Assembly: GCA_020137815.1 (NCBI GenBank)
Contig: CM035358.1
Coordinates: 7,936,001 to 8,000,000, forward strand
DNA length: 64,000 bases
Source of the DNA: Hormiphora californensis
Lineage: Eukaryota > Animalia > Ctenophora
Direction of reading: 5' to 3'
Part shown: in pieces, positions 24,381 through 64,000 of the stretch
How positions within the stretch are numbered: position 1 is the first letter of the stretch
How the letters are laid out: every line of letters starts with the position of its first letter
Program-made: the position numbers and the translations under genes
Notes under the pieces: model-generated
Databases searched by the model: none
The model's input: the letters and a program-made list of their open reading frames with translations, nothing else
What the model was told of the DNA's origin: nothing

Positions 24381-25310
24381 TACCATCATAAAATCGACGC
24401 GCGCGTGTAGTGAGCGCGGATTTTATTTGCGCGTGACAAAAAGTCTCAAATTTTTAAAACACTGCGCCATACCAAAAAAGTTCGGGTTTTTCATTGGAAT
24501 GCGCTGCAGCCCCCTCATGCGCGCACCCCCGCAACGAGGGGACTGGAGGGAATGCCGCGCGCGCGTTTGGCCAGATCTGGCCAGAGTTGAAAATAACTTT
24601 GCGAGCGAAAAAACGGCGGTGCTTATAACTTTGGCCCCTGAAGTCCGTTTGACTTGATTCTTTCACCAGTTGTTAGATCTGACAATTATCTACCTTGCTG
24701 TTTTTGAGAGAAGTTAATTGGACTTGAGGAGGCTGAGCAATAGCCGTTCAAAGATTGGTTGTTTTCAAAAAGTGACGTCACAGATCCCTGCAGGGACACT
24801 TTTGTTTCAAATTTGAATTAAAATCTCGAATTTTTTATTTTACCGCACTCGATTTTGCGGAGTTTGGTTCATATCTCCTGTTCCTGATAAGATAGAGACC
24901 TGAAACCGGTTGCATTTGAAAGCTGTTATCTTCCTCTTTCCAACGCTACCAAAACGATTTCTGTACCTTATCTGGAACCGGAGATATGATTGATTATGTA
25001 TTCCCCCCCAGCGCGGTATTCCCTCCAGGCCCCTTATATTATATTATAAGGGGCCTGCAACGTATGCCAAGGTTTTTCATTTTTCACATTTTAGTTTTTA
25101 GCCCTCTACCTTTGGCATGTGCGCTACAGTCTCCACATTGAGGGGCCGGCGTTAGAGGGGCCTACAGCGATATCTAATGATAAACGTTGGCCAGTATCCT
25201 GGTCTTAGTCTTGTACGTCGGTATCATCGACAGTGGGGTATAGTTTCAGCCAGTGAACACAGAAGTGGGCAGCACCAAAGGAGACTCTGACATCTAGGAG
25301 GACCCTTGGA

Positions 25311-25785
25311 AGTCGGAGGCAGCGCTACATGCTGATCCATGTGTGGAAGACGATTCAGGGTTTTGTACCGAATTCTGCCCACCTAGTAATTCAACAGCAC
25401 GCTAGATTGGGTACGCGGATAGTCCCTCCACCTTACCCCTATAGAGCAGAAACGAAACGAGCTAATCAATTTCATTGCTCATTCGGTCCTAGAGCAGCTC
25501 ATTTATGGAACACTCTACCAGCTGCTGTTAATTCTTGTGTGAGCTTGAATCAGTTCAAATCATCATTGGGGAATTACTTGACAGGATTTCACGACCGTCC
25601 TCCAGTCAGAGGGTACCCGCCACTTCCAAATGACCTTTCGCCTCAATGTGCTGTGCTGTGCTGATGTGTGTGAGTGTGAAGGGATATTTTTAACTTAATA
25701 TTTATTTAGGTGGACCTATTCAGGGAAGGCCTGTTTCTTTATAAATAAAACTTTTATTGTAAACTATTGTAAACTATTGTAAGTA
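25311..25785 (+). mobile_element. 5'-truncated CR1-group LINE (ORF2 C-terminus, 3'UTR and short tandem tail)
   Basis: RRQRYMLIHVWKTIQGFVPN...SFGPRAAHLWNTLP...FKSSLGNYL...DRP; tail (aaactattgt)n at ~25750-25785. Confidence 0.82.
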
Positions 25786-27459
25786 TTCGGCACCTGATTG
25801 GTGCCTCAAATTCGCATTTGTCAATTGTGTGATAGTTCAAGTTAGCCTAAATACCCTCGATCACTTCCTATTGAGTGTGCTTATTTGAATTGTTTAAATC
25901 CACCACAAGTTTTGGTTCCGATTAGAGATATCTCTGAATCTAACTAGAACGAAGAATTATAAAACTTGGAAGTCTGTGGTTTATTAGTTGACCGCATCAC
26001 TCCGTTTGCAAAGTAGATTGACGAAAGAGAGAGCGGAATAGTACGAACAAGAGAGATAGAGACTTCGAAGATTAGAGAGGAATAAAAAGACTAGAGAGAG
26101 AGAGAGAGAGAGAGAGAGGGACAATGAAACAGCCATTGAGGCTGGAACAAGCATGGTGTTTTCTAGTGTTCACGACTGATTTTTAACATACACCGCAGCC
26201 TAGTTAGTCCACATATAATGTTTCTACTGCAGAGGTCAGAACTCCAAAACCAATTCTAACTTCACACTAGTTGCTTCTTATCTGGATTTTCTTTCGTTTT
26301 ACTCACGTGCAGTAGCAATGCAGCCTATTCGGTGATATTATTATAACCCAGGTTTGTCTTTAGCCTGCGACTTCTTTTGTTCAAAACCTGGCTCTCTCTG
26401 GAATCTGTGACAGCATAAAAGCATATATTCACTGGTATAATTCCTTGGTGAACTAAACCTTTTTCTCTATCTCTCTATCTCTCTATCTCTCTACCTCTAT
26501 TATTCTATTACTCTTTCTCTCTCTTTCTGTTTCTCTTTCCCTTCTCGACATATTGTTTTCACGTCTAACACGATTAGTTCCGGCCCTGTACCATCGCCCA
26601 GCGTATGTCGACAGTTGTCACACAGAGCGGGTGTGGGGACAGAGATGGGACGGTGAACGGCCGTGGGAGTAAGGAATGTAAGTATTGAGAAGGTGGGGGG
26701 GAAGTATTGAGGAGTGTGAAGCACACGAGCAGAGAGGAGACGAGAGGGAGACTTCAGACAGGGAGACGAGGCGGGGCAAGAGAAAGTAATACGAAAACGT
26801 TATTGGTTAACGCTGTCCGAGCAGCAAATAATAATAAACAAAAATAAATCACAAATTAAAATTGTGTAAAGCGGCCGATCTATTTTTAAAAAAAAAAAAG
26901 TGATGATTGGTATAGTTTGGTCGAAGTAGTGCGCGCCGTTACCTACTATAACTTGCGCTGGGCCTTTCGTTTATGGGGAGCGCTTATTGACTGGAGTTGT
27001 TTTTGAGCGGTAACTGCTGTGGTGTTCTTCTGTCACAAGAATGGAAGGTGTATTTCAAATATAAATATCGATAGAATATAGATAGTGACACTAGTTTGTA
27101 TTAGTATACATTTAGGAAGCCTGGATGTCTCTAATTCCATACTAATCACTGCCCGCCGGATTGATTCACTTTCTAATTGTCTCCAGATATATGAGTTCTT
27201 TCCAATGTCCGATTCACTTTCATTTCGTGACCACAAGTCGTTGTAGTTCTTTAATTGTAGCTGCCCCCCTCTCCCTTGTATTGGATCTCTCCCCATCTTT
27301 CTGTTCCATCTTGTTCATCTTGTATTGCATCTTGTTCATCTTGTTTTCCCAGTGCATGTAAAAATTCAAAACACAACTGGAAGGAGAGATGAGGAGAGCA
27401 CAATGAGGCATACTGTGAATTACGCAAGGCATGTTACTGTTTGTTATTGTTGTTTTGTT

Positions 27460-30349
<2,890 letters not shown>

Positions 30350-31589
30350 CGTTACTGGTACTGATAGAATCATGTTACATTAAATCCTCCGTCACCGAGA
30401 TTGAGCTCACATATTAATTGTATTAATATTAGTTAGGTTTAAATCAAAATTAATAACTGTAATTGTGTTTTTGCGGACATGGTGGTACCGTTGTGCTTTC
30501 AATTAGTAGTAGCATGCTGTAATAATTTTTGTGAGGGGAGCTGATGCTATTTGGGATTTGATTTCTGTTTTTGTTGTTCTATTTCATTGCAGTTACTAAC
30601 CAACAAAACTCGGCTGTTTAAATTGTTTTCCATGGGTTGGGACCGGTTCATAGTTATTATCAACTTGTGTCTTCCATAAGATACAAGGGGGTGGGTTGCT
30701 ATGGTGCAGTGTCACCATGGCAACCCCCCATACAATACTTTTTGAGGCTGAGGGTCGGAACAGAATGACCCGTTGTAACAGGGATCCTGGGAATCTTTTG
30801 CAGTTGGCAAGATCATACCGATCCAATATATGACGCTGCTGGTTTCCTCTCCACGCAAGATACCGATCCAATATATGACGCTGCTGGTTTCCTCTCCACG
30901 CGTGATTTCATCAAATCAGCCAGTGTGATCAACATCACTTTGTTCGCTGTGTTGTATCGTGTGTGTGGCTGAACTGCCGGGTGGTAATGTCAATCAGATT
31001 TGGGCTGAGAAAATAGAGACAGGGGAGAATATGGAGACGGGAGAGAGAGACAGCAACAATTGGAGAGAGACAGCAACAATAAAAATTGGAAAGACAACGA
31101 CACTGTTACATGATCACGTACAACTACAAGAGAGACAGACAGAAAGTCAGAGAGACAGACACAGACATCGAGACAGAGTGACACAGACATCTAGACAGAG
31201 TGACACAGACAGAGAGACACAGACAGAGTGACACAGACAGAGTGACACAGGCGTACACACCAGACAGAAAGAGAGCTCCAGAATAGCTAATAATAGTGGC
31301 TGTATTTTGCGTCAACTGCTTTCTCAATTTGTTTCACCTTTCTCTCGTGACACATGCACGGCACACGTACTACAGTGTACACTGTACACATGAGTACATT
31401 TCATTGTACTCGATTAAGCCTTGCTAGGTGCTCTGAGAGCACTGCTCTCTCTCTCTCTCTCTCACTCCTCCTCTAGTACTGTAGAGACATCTGTAGGGTA
31501 TCTTCCGGTCTCCGTATCGGTGTACTAAATCGATTCTGTCCTACTTGTATTCACTTGTATTTTACTTGACATGCAGTGAAAGAGAGGCG

Positions 31590-31667
<78 letters not shown>

Positions 31668-31695
31668 GAGAGGGAGAGAGAGAGAGAGAGAGAGG

Positions 31696-31739
<44 letters not shown>

Positions 31740-32111
31740 GATGTTACTTAATACATAGTGACATGTGTCGAATAACTTATTTCTTTTCTTATTCAATAAG
31801 AAATTTGCATTACATATGCCAGAGCTGTATGGTGGCGCCATCCCCATTTGATTCTCAGTGCGCTCAGATGGGGTCGGCGGCGCCATACAGTGCCAGAGCG
31901 TCTCGGCCAATTATATCCCTCTTGAAGTGTACTGCAGTACTAGATAATGACTAAATGCCTTTTATAATTGTTAGTAAGGACTAATTAGCGACGTTATTTG
32001 ACACTGACAGTATAATGGCCCATGATTTGATTTGATAGGAGCGGTTGCCATGGGCGTGAACCCCTTGGGCACAGGGCCAATCTATAAATGGCCCATGGGG
32101 TTTCCATTTGT

Positions 32112-32196
32112 TCGGTAGGTCCGCGTTGGCGGTAAGGAAATTACCCTTTCGAGGCCTCGAAAGGGTAATTTCCTAACCCCGGCGCGGACCTACCGA
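32112..32196. repeat. Long hairpin with a central perfect palindrome
   Basis: tcggtaggtccgcg...ggaaattaccctttcgaggcctcgaaagggtaatttcc...cgcggacctaccga. Confidence 0.8.
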
Positions 32197-32937
32197 GGGT
32201 TTCCCAGTTCTACGACAGCTTATTATATATTCTTGAGTCTCTGTAATGTATTGTGAGTTGTGAATATATTTGTGCGTGTCTAAGTCTTGCTCCGATTACC
32301 ACAACTGCTATAATACAACTTTTGCTCTCTCTCCTCGACAAAATACACGTCCCAGGCAACAGAGCAGAGAGGAGAGAACCGATCATTATAGCCGTTAGCA
32401 CACGTGAAGGTCAGTTCTCGACCTCTTCAGTCTTCCGACTCTGAATCAGAGATGTCCATGAGATTCCGCTGTCTGTTGATAAAGTGTGAGAACTACATTT
32501 TGCTTTCCCCCTGAATCTCAAACAACATACTGATACAGTGCAGTGTACTATCATTAGCTTAGCAGTGTACACTGTACGGTATATGTGTAATGACATGCGT
32601 AGAATCATGGTATGCTCTAGCTCTCGGTGTCTCCGTAGGCGTAATGAAAATTGGGAGAGATGGAGTGACAGAGGGCGAGAGTGAGGGGCTGTGAGTGAGT
32701 GAGTGAGATAGAGACCCCCTAAGAAGCTTGTTCAGTGTATACCTGACCCTTCGATTGATTTGGAGGGTCCTGCATACACTCCAGGGTCGTGCTTACACTC
32801 CAGCTCCGTTGATTGCTTGACATGAACTGCTTGTAGCTTGGTACACCAATTGTTAATCTGATCTAAAATCCGATCGCAGGGGTGCCCTATTCTTGCAGAT
32901 TACCCTGCCATTAACCAACTAAATTAACCACTAGACA

Positions 32938-34242
32938 ATGAGAAAGTTCGTGTTTCTGCTGATCTTGGTACTGCTGTGTGCTCTGGCAAGCGGTAAAGGT
33001 CGAGGTGGACGTGGTGGAAGAGGTAGTAGAGGCAGCAGCAGTAGTAGTAGTAGTAGTACAACTAGAGTAACGAGACGAAGCAGAACTAGTACTTCCACTA
33101 CCACGCGACGAAGTGGCTACAGCAAGTGAGTGAAATGATGAATGAACTTGCCGATCTCCCCGCATAGATCCACCGCCCACCGCCCACCACCCAAGTCCCG
33201 TTTTGATTCTTTCAGCACACTGTCTCACTGTTGCTGAAGGAATCACAGTGAGACAGAAAAACAGACCCCGTATTACTCAACATCGCCTGTTCTCTATTTA
33301 ACCCAGAATTCAACAATCAACAACCCCCCCCCCCTGTCAGGCCAATGCTCTGACAACAACCCCCTGTTCATCAGGAAATCTAAAAATGCTGGAAAGTACG
33401 CAGCAATGATGGCAGCTGGAACTCTGATTCCCATTGCCCTCATCGGGTTTAATGCAGCGTCCTTCTATCGCTACAGCTACAGAACAGAACCGGGTAGGTA
33501 GTCATAATTTCAAATCTGTCTGGCGGCGCTCAGATCGGGCCGGTACCACCAGACAGGTTATAGGGATAAGCTTCTCAAGCCCCCCAGTTTATGGTTAGGT
33601 AGATTTTGCCATGCTGTCTTGTTCCCTTTTCCAACTGTTCTAACGGCTAACCCTCTCCCTTCACTTTCAGAGTACTGCCTGCATTGTACCAACGCTACCA
33701 GTGAACTAGAGTGTGCCGCCCAGGGAAGGGTGTGTCGGTTAGCATCTGACTGCTATACCATGAGCTATAACGCCCCCTCATCGGAAAACTGGGGCGGGAA
33801 AATGATACAAAAGGTAAACTCAACGGTTCAGATCGGGTAGGCACTGTCAGGCCAATGCTCTGACCACAGTTCTCGCGCTGAGAGAAACGAGAATGGGTCA
33901 GGCCAATGCTCTGACAGGGCAGGCACCACCTGCACCAGACAGGGCGCCCCATCCCTAGCCACTCCCGCAGTTCCCTAATCTGAACCACTATAACCCCTCT
34001 ATCTTCTGTCGAGTACTGTGTCTATGTCACCACTAACCCCCATATCTATCGCCTGCACACAGGGTTGTCTGTACGGTACCGAGATGACGGCATGTACTTC
34101 CCTGAAGAGTGAATGTAACGGTATCTATAACGACACATGTACCTGTAACACGTGCCCGTATCCGTGGTGTAACAGTGCAGCAGGTTCCTCAGTGACTCTT
34201 GCAATTATACTGACTGTAGGTCATCTCTTGAGCTATATCTGA
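32938..34242 (+). CDS. 209-aa secreted, probably GPI-anchored protein: RGG/Ser/Thr-rich basic N-terminus, hydrophobic Ala-rich segment and Ly6/uPAR(LU)/quiver-like 12-Cys domain; exons 32938-33125, 33375-33493, 33671-33813, 34063-34242
   Basis: Four GT-AG exons total 630 nt in frame. Signal peptide MRKFVFLLILVLLCALASG; YCLHC...C...C...C...KGC...C...C...CTCNTCPYPWCN; then small residues SAAGSS and a hydrophobic tail. Confidence 0.85.
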
Positions 34243-35261
34243 GAGAGAGAGAGAGGATAGATTTTAGAGAATGATATTTGTGAAACCCGTTTTGTTGTAT
34301 TTCGATTTTATTAACTTATCCTAATTCAAGTTGTTCTGAGGAGTTCAATCCCTCATTTCTATTCTGCCTTACGATGAAGTGACACACATCCTGGCCATTC
34401 TTCAAATTGTCCGTTATCCTAAGCGTTTTCCTAAGGGAATCAATTTCACGGGTTACGGGTTGCACCTGTCAGGCCAATTCTCTGACCACAGTTATCACGA
34501 GAGAAATGAGAATAGGGTCAGGCCAATGACAGGGTTGCACGGTTGATGGAATACTCGGGAGGGATGGCTCGAGCCGTCACTGTATGACTTCGTCCCGGGC
34601 GGTGTCTGTCTAGCGGCACCAGACCCCGTTTTACTCAGATCCAGTGCAGTAGAGTCTACTAAGGGCTCTGACTCAGGACAGTGAATCCACTCTGGCGAAT
34701 CACGGCGGCCCTGTAGAGCCATGCGCCGTGGTTCGCCGTGGTGGATTCACCGCCCCCTGAGTCAGGGCCCCTAGGGGTCTCTTTCTCGAAATTTAACTGT
34801 TTTCCAAACAATCAGGGCCTAGTCTATCGTTCTAGGGGGGGCTCTTTTTTGAATTTTTATCTCACCAAGAGCCCTAAGGGCCCCTGACCCTGTTCGTACA
34901 AATTCCGACACACACCGACCCGATCTGAGAATTAAAACGGGTCTGGCCACGCCAGACGGACACCGCCCGTGTCGAAATATGACCCTTCCTGAGTATAATT
35001 CCATCCCTTCTTGATAGACAACTGTCCCATCATTCCCACCATGGGAAGTGGTTTGGAATTTGACATCAGAGCGCATTTTTTCACTGCACTCGGATCGATG
35101 GTGCGGCGACAGAGAATTTCTGAGACTAATTTCCTCTGAAAGTTTTAAAGCGCTCTAATGTCAACTGTGTACGAAGGTAAAACAAACTATATAACGGGTT
35201 GTGTAACGTAAAAATCAGAGTATAAAATAACTTATCAGTGTCGATGAAATGAGAAAAGCAG

Positions 35262-35335
<74 letters not shown>

Positions 35336-35985
35336 CCTCTCTCCCTCTCGAAGTCACACATTTTTACAACATCTATACCTTTCCAGGGTCAAAATGATAT
35401 TCTAAAGTCAAAAACCCACAGAGTCCCTCCTCCTACTAAATCAATAACTCTCAGAGTCCATGTACAACAATGTATCAGTGTATACAATGTGTGTATACAA
35501 TGTATACAATGTACTCACACTATACACAGTACATGAACAGAAATTGAAACGAACTCTGCTTCTAAAAAACCGAGAAAAAACTCCTTTTTCAAAATATCAC
35601 CAGATAGCTGAAAGAGTAACGACAGAAATTATCAGCTAGTATTCAATTAATTCATTAGCTAATTATCCAGCATTTAATTAATTGGCTACTAATCTAAGTA
35701 TTCAAAACGTCAATTGGTAATTCCCTTTTTACACAGCGACACAGGGTATGAAAAGCAAGCTGTTGATATTTATAAATGAATTGTGATACAGAAATCACGT
35801 AATTAACTAACTAATTAACTAACTAAGCAGCTCAAATTTATACAAAAGTACTTAGTCCTGCTATATCGCATATTAATTGACACCTATAACAACTCAACTT
35901 TCTACACTCTCTAATATCACGCGAGAGTTGCGCTGTACACACAGAGTTCTAACATTATCACGCGTTATGTGTCACGCGTTATGTG

Positions 35986-63657
<27,672 letters not shown>

Positions 63658-63753
63658 CTGTGGGGAGGAAGGTGGGGGGTTAGTGGGGTTAGGATCTGTA
63701 GCGGGCCCTCTCGCATGAAAACTTTGGTGAGGCCAAGCTGAGGAGGAAGATGG

Positions 63754-64000
63754 CGGATTAGGGAGGTGTGGGGATTAGGGAGGTGTGGGGATTAGGGAAG
63801 GTGTGGGGATTAGGGAGGTGTGGGGATTAGGGAGGTGTGGGGATTAGGGAGGTGTGGGGATTAGGGAAGGTGTGGGGATTAGGGAGGTGTGGGGATCAGG
63901 GAGGTGTGGGGATTAGGGAGGTGTGGGGATTAGGGAGGAGAGAGGTGTGGGGATTAGGGAAGGTGTGGGGATTAGGGAGGTGTGGGGTTCGGGAGGGGTG
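63754..64000. repeat. G-rich 18-19-bp minisatellite (ggggattagggaggtgtg)n
   Basis: Direct reading; runs off the window end. Confidence 0.88.

Noticed and set aside
26305-26405. Possible upstream RasGEF1 exon (donor-like gtgagt on the minus strand)
   Set aside because: The translation does not resemble the REM N-terminus and the frame cannot be fixed.

Overview
Repeat-rich, intron-containing animal DNA from a draft assembly, with two 100-N gaps and several low-quality tracts. It is probably a Pleurobrachia-like ctenophore; this is an inference from a recalled short repeat at 5358-5466 and the gene style. Genes reconstructed by hand from splice sites and protein motifs: (1) a frameshifted single-exon class A-like GPCR; (2) golgin-45/BLZF1; (3) a RasGEF1-family fragment; (4) a 4-exon GPI-anchored protein joining a Shadoo/prion-like N-terminus to a Ly6/uPAR-like Cys-rich domain; (5) the 3' half of a myosin IX gene (motor end, IQs, two C1 domains, RhoGAP). 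Myosin IX introns host two intronless nested genes, a PAN/sushi-like membrane protein and a MATH-BTB protein. Mobile DNA is dense. A young Penelope-like retroelement (inverted pLTR, 12-bp TSD, variant hammerhead motif) sits inside a non-autonomous Helitron. The Helitron sits inside a mosaic array of two cassettes joined by variable (AACCATA)n linkers. Also present: LINE 3' fragments, four 9-bp-TSD MITEs with telomere-like cores, Kolobok-like and other foldback elements, and several intronic minisatellites. Top candidates for novelty are the Shadoo-like/LU fusion gene and the linker-joined cassette array.
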